In this document: one piece after another, positions 12,849-25,611 of the stretch | Layout: each line of letters starts with the position of its first letter | Numbering within the stretch: the stretch's first letter is position 1 | DNA from: Podarcis tiliguerta | Taxonomy: Eukaryota | Reading direction: 5' to 3' (one strand) | Length of the DNA stretch: 64,000 bases | NCBI GenBank assembly: GCA_965153285.1 | Contig: OZ229114.1 | The notes under the pieces: generated by a model | Seen by the model: the letters and a program-made list of their open reading frames with translations, nothing else | What the model was told of the DNA's origin: nothing | Databases searched by the model: none | Program-made: the position numbers and the translations under genes

Positions 12849-15324
12849 CCATAAGCCATTGTTCAGGGTGGAGCAGCAGTTTCTCAGAACATCCTCCTGG
12901 GAAGTCTTTCAGAAAGATGAGAATTTGAACCACAATATAGTCAGATAGTTCAGAAGGGTACCAGAGTAAATGGTATTGAAAACCACTGAGAGGACAAATC
13001 AATGGGACTACACTCTCTTGTCTATCTCACAGTGAACAAGGGAATGTCTGTCCCAAATCTGAGATGAAAACCAATTTGAAAAGGAGCTAAATGATCAGCC
13101 TCATCAAGAAATAATTGAGCCACCACATCGTGCCCTGATATAGCCTTACAATAACTTTATGTGATATTAATTATTATTATTATTATTATTACTACTCCTC
13201 CTAATACAGATAAGAGCTAAGGGTGAGGAACAGTGGCTTGTCTGGGGCTACCCAGTGAAGTTCAAGGCTGAGCTGAGATTTCAACTGGAAACCTCCCAGT
13301 TTCTAATGTATGTTCTTAATCGCTCTGCTACACTAGGTATACATATCTGTGTTTTAGCATTTCAGAATCCTAGAGTAATTGTCACTCTCTTGACATTTGT
13401 TTTCTCACATCTCACATCAAATTTTACTGTATCGAATAAGTGTGTGTTTCAAGGACCTCTTGGTCAATTGTCTGATTGGAATTGTTTTTTTCAGTGTAGC
13501 TTGTTGGTTTAAAGCAGGGTATTATTAATCTTGCTTCCCTTCTTTGAAGATAGAAACATTTTGGCTTTTTCAGGGCTAAGCAGTCAGAAAGGAGCCCAGG
13601 TAAACTTCACGCAGGCAACCCCTTTTCTGCATAAAGCTGAACCAAAGCTATTGTGCCTAGTTCTCAAGGAGAGGGATCGCTCTAAGCATGGCGGAGAAAT
13701 TACGTTCCATCAAAACAACATGTACATATTTTTGGCTTAATAAATCATCAGAAGTCCTCTCTTCCCAAAGATAAAAGGTTGTGCCAATCACATGGGATGG
13801 TCCATGGAATTATCTGGTGGAGAACTTTATGTGGTTTTCGAAATATCTGATGTAAATATGTATTCTTATGGAATCATTAACTATGAGTAGCGGAATGGCA
13901 AATACTCACCTGTCAGAAGACCAGTATAGATAGCTACACCATTGTAAGATTAATTTACAGACTGAGCCTATCCACATTCACTTGGAACTCTTGCTGAATT
14001 AAATGATACTCCTCCCAAGCATGCACAGGATTGCAAGCTTAGTCATTTAATATTTCTGAGTATCGCTTCAGCCCTTCCCCACAAACAGTAACCAAAAATG
14101 AGACATTAAAATGAAACTAGTAGATTTGAATTATGGTTGTAAGATACCTCATATCCAAGATACCAGAAGCATTCTCTTATGCCAAAAGAAAGGCAAGCTC
14201 TTGTGTCAAAATAATTTTGTTAGTTTTCTGTGACTATGCAAGGGATAGTTTTCTGTGAATTGATAAAGTGGATAAAAGTAGATACGTTAGCTACTTTAAA
14301 AAAATGCATTATGATGAGTAGAAATACGGAGGCCGGCAATAAGTGCCTAAAATGGCCCCAATTACATTTGGAATTAAATACGCCAAACATTCCCCTCCCC
14401 CTTTTGTTCTACCAGCTAGTATAAATGTCACACCTTGACCTGACTGAGTAACTTTTGGCACCAGAAGTTAATAATGTTTCTTTTACCATTAAAAAAATAT
14501 AATAAAATCTATCCCCATGTCACAATAATTCTCACTGACAGAGATTGATTACAAAAAAATTCTTTTATTTTCCAGTGTAATTAGTAACATGATAGTGGAG
14601 TATTTTGTTTCTCACTATTCATTTGGCATATTTTCTCACAGTTTCCAGAAGGAACACCATTTTCTAGCATAAGCTACAGAAGGTGACCCTGCTGGATTTC
14701 AGCGTCTTCCTTCCATGTGTTTTTCCCATTTCTCAAATTACTTTCTTAATTTTAGAACTCTAAGAAAAATAGGAAGCACACTCCTTACACTCCTTTCCCC
14801 TCATTGATTGCTTTTGCCATATGTTGCCCTCCTCATGGAAACATATTTTTTGGGGAAAGGATCATTCAGCTTCCACACATTCAACTGCATTAATGATAAC
14901 ATACTTACTACCTAAAACACCCAGGAGCCTGTGGAACAACGCTTTTTAATGGGCAGCTGTTGAATTAATATTTCATTTTATTATTACCAATACAATTATA
15001 TGGACATAGTTGGGATTGTTATGGAGGGGGAAAACGGGGGGAACTGTAATCGATTGCATGTCTGTTCCTATATTCAAAATTTTTCTATCCCACATACCTA
15101 GCATTCTCAGTTAATATTCTGGATGCTGTAATTATCACCCTTCTTCTGACATGCCACCAAATATAGACATTTTGGAAGCTCATAGACTGTCGGGGTAGGT
15201 TTCAAATCAAGTGCTCGCGAAATGTCCCTTTCCCATCTTACCTGCTTAACTATTTCTGGTTGCAATTGAACATCCAAATGAGAGGAGAGGGGGGGAAATA
15301 CTTAATTTTAAATATCTCCCTTAC

Positions 15325-15587
15325 CTAAAATAATTGCTTGCCGCTGCTAGAACCACTCGGTGGCATGAGAATTTCATGTTGCCCACACACAGGGTAACGT
15401 CTGTGAGAGAGTTTTCCAATCGGAGGTTCTCCAAGCCGTTCTGCAGCACCATGGATAGGCCTGTGTCATCAAACTTAACCCTTTCACTGATGGAGACCTC
15501 CACAAGCTCTCCCATGTTCCTGGAGCACTCATTTTCCAAAGGCAACGGAGATTCCTCCTCCAAGTTCTTCTTCACTATGTCTCCCAT
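15325..15587 (-). CDS. KLHL6: Kelch-like protein 6, coding exon 1 (N-terminus, start of BTB domain)
   Basis: [11 protein letters not shown]...[21 protein letters not shown]...[16 protein letters not shown] matches the KLHL6 N-terminus and BTB. Donor AG|GTAA at 15325/15324; 263 nt, phase 2. Confidence 0.95.
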
Positions 15588-16454
15588 GTTTCGATCAGCA
15601 GCAGCACATCATGCCATTGATACTTCAATCTAAGATGGTTCCTGAGCTTCAGACAAGTCATGCTGCAGAAGCAAGACGGATTTCCTGTTTGGGCCTCCCC
15701 ACTTATCTACAGCTGTCACACATGCATAACAGGAAGCCTTGCACTTTCTCATCCTGTTAACACAAACAAAGTCAGTGGGGTTGTGTTGTTATTTTTTAAT
15801 TCCACACATTTCCAAGCAGTTTTACTATACCTAAAGAAGACTTTAAGGTGCCTTTGAATATGGGATTATAACGAATGCCAAAGACCTCTAAAACTGTTCT
15901 GAAATCAGCATTCTGCTGCATAACATATATGTATATGTTCCATCCAGATATACTTGATGAGCATGATGGGAGACTTATGGGGTTATAATTTTAACAACCA
16001 GCATTTTGAAAGAATGCCTAGAGTAAAAATAAGCTTTGCATGCATGCATGCATGTATTTATGTATTGTGTGGTAACAACTGGCAATTGTATTGGCTTTGA
16101 GAGGTATTACTCACCAGTTTGGGAGTATCGTTTTCTAGCTGCCTGCACTGACTATCTCTGTACCTGCACTTTATATATATTTTTACACACTATACACAGC
16201 TCAATGAGGAATTCAGTACAGGGATGGTCTGAATGAACCAAAGCTAAGTTTGGCTAAGTTTGCCATTTTGGATGGCACTTAAAAAATAAATTTTAAAAGC
16301 TTCCAAATAACAACCTCCCTCTCATAAGTTAATTATACATGGTATAATTAGTTAATTAAAATGCAATTTCTATGGATGCAGAGTTTCCCAAATATGACAC
16401 AACAGTGTTCTCAATGCAAAATGTGAGCAACAAGCATACAATTTCACCTGACCA

Positions 16455-16455
<1 letters not shown>

Positions 16456-16497
<42 letters not shown>
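16456..16497. repeat. (ATT)14 microsatellite
   Basis: Direct reading. Confidence 0.97.
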
Positions 16498-16498
<1 letters not shown>

Positions 16499-17282
16499 CC
16501 CATCAATCTGGGCTAGAACTTTAGAAGCATGACATGGATCAGATGCCAGCCATATCACAGACAGCATAATGGCAAGCATTATATGCATTATATTGATTAG
16601 CAGCAGCAGGAAAAAACATATCTGCTAAGCTCTGTGCTGGAGTGACTCCAACAGCTGAGTCACCTTTATGATGTCTTGGGAATGGAGGCTTCTGTGAGAT
16701 AACACTTACTCTCTTCACTCTGGCCTTACAGTCTACTGCAGTTTATCACATAGATTCTCAGAATTGCATAGAAAGTTTCCATGCTTCAGCCTGACATCCA
16801 GGAATAGTTGGCACAGGTGTAGAAACTTTCCACATGACTGGAAGGATCAACATGATAAACAATGTTAACTTCCAGCCACCATGAATACTGTACAGTCACC
16901 ATGCAGTAGTCTCTTGTCATAGGGATAAAGCTGCCCTTGATTATATTTCAAGATGCTTAATCCATATGCTTCTTTTGTTTCCATTTTTAAAATTATATTT
17001 ACCCTAGATCCCACCAGTGCTTTGTCCCTTGTCTTTCACTTGCTGTTTTAGGAGTAACTTTAGATGGCATTTTGTCACAGGACTATCAAACCACACCTTT
17101 GGTAAACAGGACTGACAAAGGTCCCCTCCAAACTGTCAATATTTTGTGGGAAGGACTGAAGCTCATACCAAAAAATTAGGTTTGTGCAATTAAAATGTGC
17201 AACAAAGTCACTTTGTGGTTAGGAAAGTGACAGGGAAGTACATGCTTGGAATGAAAGAATGTTTAACAGGAAGACACATATA

Positions 17283-17524
17283 CAGTGGTACCTCGGGTTA
17301 AGTACTTAATTTGTTCCGGAGGTCCGTACTTAACCTGAAACTGTTCTTAACCTGAAGCACCACTTTAGCTAATGGGGCCTCCCGCTGCTGCCGCGCCGCC
17401 GGAACACAATTTCTCTTCTCATCCTGAAGCAAAGTTCTTAACCTGAAGCACTATTTCTGGGTTAGTGGAATCTGTAAACTGAAGCGTATGTAACCTGAAG
17501 CGTATGTAACCCGAGGTACCACAG
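17283..17524. mobile_element. MITE family A
   Basis: Same TIRs and TA TSD; 242 bp. Confidence 0.88.
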
Positions 17525-17649
17525 TACAACCCACAAGCAAATCAGGATGAATGTTCATTGTATAACCTCCCCACCAACAAATCAGAACAAAGCATTAATA
17601 AAGATTGAGCATAGTCTAACCTCTGCATAAGCTTTTATGCAAGCAAATA

Positions 17650-17891
17650 CAGTGGTACCTCAGGTTACACACGCTTCAGGTTACATATGCTTCAGGTTAC
17701 AGACTCCACTAACCCAAAAATAGTACCTTGGGTTAAGAACTTTGCTTCAGGATGAGAACAGAAATCGTGCTCCGGCGGCGAGGCAGCAGTGGGAGGCCCC
17801 ATTAGCTAAAGTGGTGCTTCAGGTTAAGAACGGTTTCAGGTTAAGAACGGACTTCCGGAACGAATTAAGTATTTAACCCGAGGTACCACTG
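17650..17891. mobile_element. MITE family A, inverted relative to the 17283 copy
   Basis: Same TIRs and TA TSD; 242 bp; the interior is the reverse complement of the neighbouring copy. Confidence 0.88.
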
Positions 17892-18649
17892 TAAGAATAA
17901 ATGCTCTCTAAACAAGTCATCTGGAGGAGCCCACTTACCACTCTTATTAGTAGCACTGGCTATAAAATTCTCCATAATTCAAATGGACCGCCACCCACCC
18001 ACAAAAAGGTTAATTTGTGATATAAACTACCACCTTGACTAGTAACAACTGCCACAATTTGGTATTGCCTATATGAAACAATTGGGCAAGTTTTTCTGGA
18101 AATGTTGAATTATGAATCCTGGGAACTGTCATTTACCCCTCACAGAGCTACAATTCCCAGCACCCTTAGCAAACTACAGTCCCTGGGATTCTTTGGAGTA
18201 AGTCATGTGCTTTAAATGTATGGTGCATAACACAGGCTCTGTCTCCTGGACCATTTGTTCATATTCTTCTCTTTCACATTTTTTCTTTTGAAAGACTAAG
18301 TGTTACAGCCTGGTTCCATCCTAGCTAACTGCTTCAGGGTGCAGGGTTATTCATACATTTGTTTACCCCCTTTCTGCCATGGCATCTCAGGCAGTTTACC
18401 ATTTTATTTGCATTTCTTGCCTACCTTTCCTTCAAGGCTCTCAATGTGGTGTACATGGTTCTCCTTATTTTATCCTCACAACAACCTTGCGAGACAGATT
18501 AGGCTGAGACAGTGACAAAGGCCACCCAAGTGAGCTTCATGGATGACTGGGAATTTGAACCCTGTTCTCCCAGCTAAGCAGTCTAAAACAAATTCACAAG
18601 ACCAAATGGAGACCTAGCACTGAAGGTAAGAGGAAGAAAGTGCTCAGCT

Positions 18650-18911
18650 CTGCCCCTCTGGTGCAACGCGGCATTGCATCGCAAACCGTGAACTACATCT
18701 CCCAAGAACGTTTGCAGCCGGCCCGCCTCTCATTGGCCGGCACGTCCGTGACATCATGTGTTTTGGCTCTGGGAGGTCACATGTTTCGGGGTCTCCTTTG
18801 TTTTGAGTTGAGCTCGAACTTGAAGCAGACAAAAAGAGAGAGCGCGAGAGCGGAGGAGACCCGGAGCCGTTGCGCGGCTCCTTCTGATCGGCAGAAAACT
18901 GTGATTGACAG
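18650..18911 (+). promoter_or_regulatory. KLHL24: CpG-rich KLHL24 promoter and probable first non-coding exon
   Basis: CpG-dense segment with ATTGG (CCAAT box), CRE-like TGACATCA, TCATGTG and GTCACATG E-boxes, ending at donor GACAG|GTAAAT (18911/18912). The TSS is not determined. Confidence 0.65.
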
Positions 18912-19729
18912 GTAAATGGCTTGGCTAAACTCAGCGGCTAAGTTGCAGGAGGCCAAAAGTATAATTGGGGTCCGGTGGCCGGCGCAGGAGTTATTTCCAT
19001 TCGAAAAGAAGCTTCAGGAGGTGCACAACCATAACAATATACCTACAATCGTAATGGGTTCGAATGCAGGGCTCGTGGTAACTCCCCTTACAGTAATTAT
19101 TACAAACAGAAAATACGTCCTCCCTTAACATTTATCTTTTCACCCCACCCCAGTCCGGCTTTTCTAGGAAACTTCGTGTGAAATGAATTTCAGCGAAGAT
19201 TAAATTGTGTCTGGATTCTGCTATGGTGTTCTGTTTTGGGATCAGTTGTGTCAGATTTGCAAGGGAGAGAAAATGCCGTTAATATTGCAATGTCTAGCCG
19301 TTGTCATGTAGGCAGGACAGAGATAATTTGCCCTGGCGCAATTTCCTTCTTTATCCTCCTGGCTAGTATTGAACACGCAGCGAAGCACAACGCCGTTAAT
19401 ACTGTCGAGCGCCTTGTTGGTGCGCAGGGAAAGGAAGTAGAGTTCAGCTGGAGGTGGAAAACAATGTGCGTGGCGCCTGGCGGAGGGGGGGGGAGAGCTC
19501 GCCTCTTTCCTAGGTCGGTACTTAAGGACACGTAAATTCCGGATTTGCACTGCCGTTGGGCGAGGGGGAGCAATACTGCAAGTTCTTGATTTCGAATTGT
19601 AAAGTTGCGAGGCCTCTTGTTATATTAAGGAAGGTTTCGTGCTTCGGCACCCAAGGATTTCGAGTGGAACTCGATAAAGAATTTTTCCTCTCCTCCCTAT
19701 TTTTTTCCTCTCCTCTAAACAGTCCACCC

Positions 19730-20700
19730 AGTTGGACATCAGATTGGCCAGGCATTTGTTTCAGGCCGGCACTAGAAAGCTGGATTGGTCAGAGAATGTT
19801 GACAGATCTGGATCAATCTCGCGAGCATCTGGAAAGTGTTCCATTCCTCCCCCCCCCCCCCATCTTTTCAATGTTCCTGCGTTTTGATATGGACGGTCAC
19901 CCTGGTCTAAATTTGGTGGCTGTTTTATGCTTATGGGAATAGGCTGCTTCGTGCACTCCCGTCTTCGCTGGCGCATCATATTCCCATTGGGGTGAATCCT
20001 AGTAGCTGGAGCTCCCCCCGCCCTTGAGGTACTTGGCGAAGAGGCTGCGTTGGCTGCCAGTTCCTGTGGACCAGACCACTTTTTCAGGAGGGGGGAGGGA
20101 GGCCTCGCAAGGAGCTGTTGGAACACGCAGGCCTTTGTGAGGAAGTGGAAATGCTGCTCCGACGCTTTGGCTTAGGACCCGAACCGCGAAGAAGCGTCGG
20201 GAGGCGGAGTCGCCTGAGGCCCAAAATATAATAGGGACCGGGTGACCATCCCCTAGCGCGTTATGGTTGGTTCTCCGCTCCCTTCTTCGGGACAGCTGGA
20301 GGAAAGAAAGGCGGGGGCAGCGCTGAGGGAGTCCCGCTCTCTAATTGGACATAAAAGGCGGGGGGCGGGACTTGCCTCCGGGGCTGTTCAGGGTGAAGGT
20401 GAACTGGAGGATGTGCTCGGGTGCGCGCGCGGGGCCGAGGCGTTGCTCGGGTTCGAGCCGAGGCCGCTTGTATAACGGCTGGAACCGGACGCTCACTTCA
20501 GGTTGACGCGAGAAGGCCGTTATTTTGCCTCAAGTGCTTTGAAGTGACGCCTGCCTTTCAGTCACGCGCCTGCTTTCACCCGAAGAGTTTGATTTCTCAC
20601 ATAACACAGTTCGAATGTGACTTAAGTCAAATGAACACCTTTCCTCCCGCTCAGTTAATACTGGGCTGTTTACATGTTCTTCATAGGGCCCGTTGATGCA
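19730..20700. promoter_or_regulatory. Second CpG-rich promoter-like segment in KLHL24 intron 1
   Basis: Several ATTGG boxes (about 19743, 19783, 20344), GC box GGGGCGGGAC (about 20362), TCTCGCGAGC (19817), TGACG half-sites and FOXO-type TGTTTAC (20667). Confidence 0.5.
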
Positions 20701-21689
20701 GGAATCCCAAAGCGGGTCTCGCAGCAAAGCATACTTCTCCTCAGTAGAATGGGAAATAACGAAATCCCAGAAGAATGACGAGTGTTAGCCATAGTGACAT
20801 TTCTTTTTACAGAGCAAACAAAACACACCCACCCACCCACCGTAAAGGGTGGAAGGAGACTTGTGTAATTTCGAGATGATCTGGAAAGGAAAGAGGAAAA
20901 TGTTGTCAGGCACTATTTGTCAGGTACCTTGGCTCTGCTGTCTTTTTTTAAAAAATGTTTTAAAGGAATTATCTGGAATGGAAAGAGGTGAACCTTTGCA
21001 ACTGGCTAATAAGTAGCATCATAATGTTGACATTGACTTGCATTTCACTGGCGAGTTAAGCAGAATTATTAGTTGATCGTATCTGTCCAAAGAGAACATT
21101 TTATGGAACGTTACGATTTCCTGGTAGTATTTACATTCTCAGATTTCAGCCCTGGGGTGGTGGGGCACATAGGGAGTAGAATATGGTGAAGTGAGGGAGG
21201 TACATAGGTAACATTAGGTGAACACAAGGAAATACAGTTAGGCATATTGGGTCTTAAGGAAGTCAATATCAGTGTCCTGTTTCTGCTATTTTACCTGATC
21301 TCAGGTTAATTATAAGAAATTTGTTATAGCTGTGCATAAGTTACAATTCAGCCTCACCTACTCAGAACTGTTGTCAGGAAAGGTCAAGCTATATTTACAC
21401 TGTATTTACAAAGAGCTAAGGAGACAGTAAAAAGACTGAACTGCGAACCATGACCTAAAACCTTACTTTAGCCATGGAATCATTTTGATGGCCTTAGGTG
21501 AACCATTCTTTTCTCTTAAAGGCATAAGAACAGCCCTGCTAGGTCATGCCGAAGTCCCATCTAGTTCACTTTTCTGCTTTCACAGTGGTCTGCCAGATGC
21601 TTATGGGAAACCTGCAAGCAAGACCTGAATGCTCTCTCCAGAGCCCTCCATCTGTAATATGAGAATAATCATACTTACCTAGATTACTG

Positions 21690-24000
21690 ATCTTATTTTA
21701 TTATTTACTCTCTATCTCACCCTTTCTCCAGGGCAGCAAATACATCACAACAAAACAACTTTAAAAAATACCTTTAAAACACGTCAGATCATTCAACAGT
21801 GATCTCAGGGTTGTCAGGAACAATGCTTTCAGCCATTAAATGACTGGGTAAACAGGAATATTTTTAACCTCCTCCTAAAAGTCAGTAATGAGGAAGGGAG
21901 ACACACCTACCCAGAGGGGGCATTCCACAAACAAGGAACCACTTCTGAATTGACCCCCATCATGAGTCACTGCCAATCAGACAGCCTCCAGTGTTGGCAC
22001 CTATATGCAAAGTGGTCCCCAGCAGCAACACCAGTATCAAAGTGTAGTATACAAAAGGCAGATACAGTCACGGTAAAAAAAACCAACTTATTAATAACCT
22101 AAAATACTGTAAAACAGCCAGGAATATTTAAAAGCAGGAGTAGAATAAAAGTACATTTAAAGGTGGCCCTATACTAAGGCGGTCTGGAACTAGATGGTTT
22201 TCAAAGTCTGCCAAAAAAATAGATGAAGAGGACATGTACATGTACATGTGCCTCTCTTGGGAGGTCATCCTAAATTTGGGTGCCTTAGCAAAAGAGGCCA
22301 TATTTCTCATCGCCACCTGCTGCATGTCTGTTGATGGGAGGACAGAAGGAACAGTCACAGAGACAGAATAAAGTTCCTGGAGAGATTCACATGGGAGGAG
22401 ATGATTCCCCAAAATACCCTAGGCCCCAGACACTTGGGATTTAATGAGAAAAACAAGTACCTTAAATTGAGGCTGGAGGCAAACTGACAACCAGCAAAAC
22501 TGGTAGGTAAACTGTATATACTCCAGCCTACTGACTCCAAGGGAATCTGGCAACCACATTTTGCACCAATTGGAATTTCCAAACTGTCTTCTTTTTTCTT
22601 TTTTTTATAAATATTTTATTCGATTTTGCATAAAAGACGACAAAGCAAAACAAAAGCAACGAACAATACACCAAAAACATACAGAATTACACAGACATAA
22701 CATACTACAAACAACAGAAATAAAAACAATCTTATCTTCATATTGATCTTGCATTAACTTGTTTCTCTGACTTCCCCGAGTCTCCCTTCCCTGTATTTCA
22801 ATTCATACAATTAAACAACAAATCCCTTCCCTCTGCCATAATTAACCTCCTTTCTGATTTGAATGTCTTAATATAGCTTATTCAATGCTTAGAACTTAAG
22901 ATGTTGGGTCTTCTGATCCTTAAAATTTTACTCCAATAACCTTATACATTCAATCTGATGTTATTTTAACATTCATTAATCTTGTAGTGTTTCTGTAAAT
23001 AGTCTTTAAATTTCTTCCAATCTTCCTCCACCGTCTCTTCTCCCTGGTCTCTGATTCTGCCAGTCATTTCTGCGGATTCCATATAGTCCATGACTTTCAT
23101 CTGCCATTCCTCCAGCGTGGGTAATTCTTGTGTCTTCCAATACTTTGCAATAAGTATTCTTGCTGCTGTTGTAGCGTACATAAAAAATATCCTGTCTTTC
23201 ATACGTACCTCTTGATTGACCATGCCCAGGAGAAAGGCCTCCGGTTTCTTCGGGAATGTGTATTTAAATACTTTCTTCAGTTCATTATAGATCATCTCCC
23301 AAAAGGTCTTAATCCTTGGGCATGTCCACCAGAGGTGAAAAAAGGTACCTTCAGTTTCTTTACATTTCCAACATTTGTTATCGGGCATATGGTAAATTTT
23401 TGCTAGTTTGACTGGTGTTATGTACCATCTGTATATCATTTTCATAATATTTTCTCTTAGGGCATTACATGCCGTAAACTTTAGCCCAGTGGTCCATAAC
23501 CGTTCCCAGTCGGCTAGCATTATGTTGTGACCCACATCTTGTGCCCATTTAATCATTACTGATTTCACTTCCTCATCCTGTGTATTCCATTTCAGCAGCA
23601 GATTATACATTCTTGACAATATCTTAGTTTTGGGTTCTAGCAATTCTGTTTCCAATTTTGATTTTTCCACCTGGAAGCCAATTTTTCTATCCAATTTATA
23701 TGCCTCCATTATCTGATGATAATGGAGCCAATCACGGACTTTACTTTTTAATTTGTCAAAACTCTGCAGTTTCAATTTATCTCCATCTTGTTCTAGTATC
23801 TCCCAATATTTTGGCCAATTGGCCTCCATATTGAGTTTTTTGACTGCTTTTGCTTCCATCGGAGATAACCACCTTGGAGTCTTGTTTGAATTTCCAAACT
23901 GTCTTCAAGGTTATTTCTAAAGAAAATGCATTACAGAAATCCAACTTGGAACTAACTAGCTCGGAAACAAACTTAGCTAGGGCCAGACTCCGCTTATCCA
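21690..24000 (-). mobile_element. Old degraded L2-like LINE 3' fragment, interrupted by the L1
   Basis: TTATTTATT-type tail near 21695. Removing the L1 restores SKLDFCNAF...KTVWKFQLVQN, resembling the L2 ORF2 motif SRLDYCN...KLQLVQN. Confidence 0.7.
22592..23887 (-). mobile_element. Young 5'-truncated L1-clade LINE (ORF2 C-terminus, 3'UTR, poly(A))
   Basis: Open 297-aa ORF (22966-23859) with the CCHC motif KCWKC...FFHLWWTCP. AATAAA and A-tail lie at 22592-22620 on the - strand. Perfect 19-bp TSD GAATTTCCAAACTGTCTTC at 22573-22591 and 23888-23906. Confidence 0.93.
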
Positions 24001-25611
24001 GAAGAAAGTACAACTGAAGAACTAAATAAAAATATACTACAGCTACCTGTATATCTAAGAATACTCTAAACTGTGAACCTACTGCTTCAGGGGGAGTATG
24101 ACCCCACCCAAAACCATCTATACACTTCCTCCAGGTTGTTGTAAAGATTATTGATATAGTAGATGTGAATCACTTTGTTCTAAAATACTGTACAAATATA
24201 TTTATTGCTATAATGGCTTAACTATTGAGTCTCTGAATCACATATTAAACATTTAATGTTTAGAATAACAATCAAATGGTTTTAAGATGACTTTTTATAT
24301 CTAGTATTAAATATGGGTGTGATTGAGCAAAAGCAATAAAACTGTAAGTGCTATTTAAATTAAAGAGACAGCTTGAATGCTAGCAACTTATGTATATTTA
24401 TCTAAAGTGGACAAGACCGAAGTGAGTTGGTTCTCTCTACAGGAGTCATATGCCTCTAGACATTGGAAACACACCTGGTAAATTCAGTCCGTTGATTTGT
24501 GTGAGATAATGCATGCATGCATAACTAATATATTCAGGGGGGAATTTGGTTGTACAAGTGTAAATTGTTGCACTGATAGAACCAGTTAGTTGTATACCAT
24601 CCTTTATTTTTTAAGCAAAGTTTTGACTGTAGACAAAAGCTAAGACAAGGAAGGTAGGAGCTAAAAATAAGGCTGCCCAAGAGAGATGCAGATGTTTTCA
24701 GGGACTGAAAGGGTTCATACAAATACAGCCAAATCCTCCCTTTGCTGTACACTAGCTGAACTACAAGATACACCTGTTGCCTCATCCTCCCAACTAGATC
24801 CATGTTACCAACTAGAGGTACGGTCAAGTCTACTTGTAGCCAAGCAATCACTCCTCCACTGATTCTGTATCTTACACTGGGTCTGTGTTCATATTAGTTC
24901 CTGGTGGGTGAAGGGGAAGAGACTGGATCCATGGTATGATGTAGGAGGTTATCCAAAGCCCCAGGTGAGGTATTCAAGTAACTTGGCCGGTCAAGCTGCT
25001 TAACGTGTTTTTCAGGTGTGCTAGGGTTTTCTCTGGGGCCCCAAGCATCTTTATTGCATTATGTTCTCCCAGGATATTGATTATTCAGCCAATAGGGGCC
25101 CCAGATTCTAAACTTACATTTTAAAAACAGTCTCTGACCCTCCTAGAAAGAAAGCTCTGAAACAAAATGTGCAGATGCTCTTCAAAGTGATTCCTAACCT
25201 CCCTTGGTGGGTTATGAGTGCTCTTTCCCTTGACTTTATGCTTTGATGGTTGTGGGAATGAGGTTGCAGTCAGCAAGCGTAGTGGTTGGTGAAGCTTTAG
25301 CCTCTTTCTCTTTCAAGGTCCTTCATGGTATAGGACTGAAAAGTTCAGTATGAAACATGAGCATAGCTGGTATATGGGTGGCACTTCACTCATAAGGACA
25401 TTCAGATGTCCTTGCATTGTGACTCAGTAATGTTATATGCATGACATCTTGGAGCCGGATGTTTAGAGAACCAAACCTGGTTACTATCATAATGTAATTG
25501 ATGGCATTTGCAATTTGAACTAATACTTTGAAATTATTTTTTATCTTTAGCACCCAAAAGACGACACTCATCAATATTTTCTCCATGATATTATAAAGAG
25601 TTGATATAACA

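Noticed and set aside
18640-20727. Cluster of 60-130 aa ORFs
   Set aside because: GC-rich promoter and intron sequence with no recognisable protein motifs.
22966-23859. 297-aa ORF as a possible nested host gene
   Set aside because: It is the truncated C-terminus of LINE ORF2, bounded by TSDs and a poly(A) tail.
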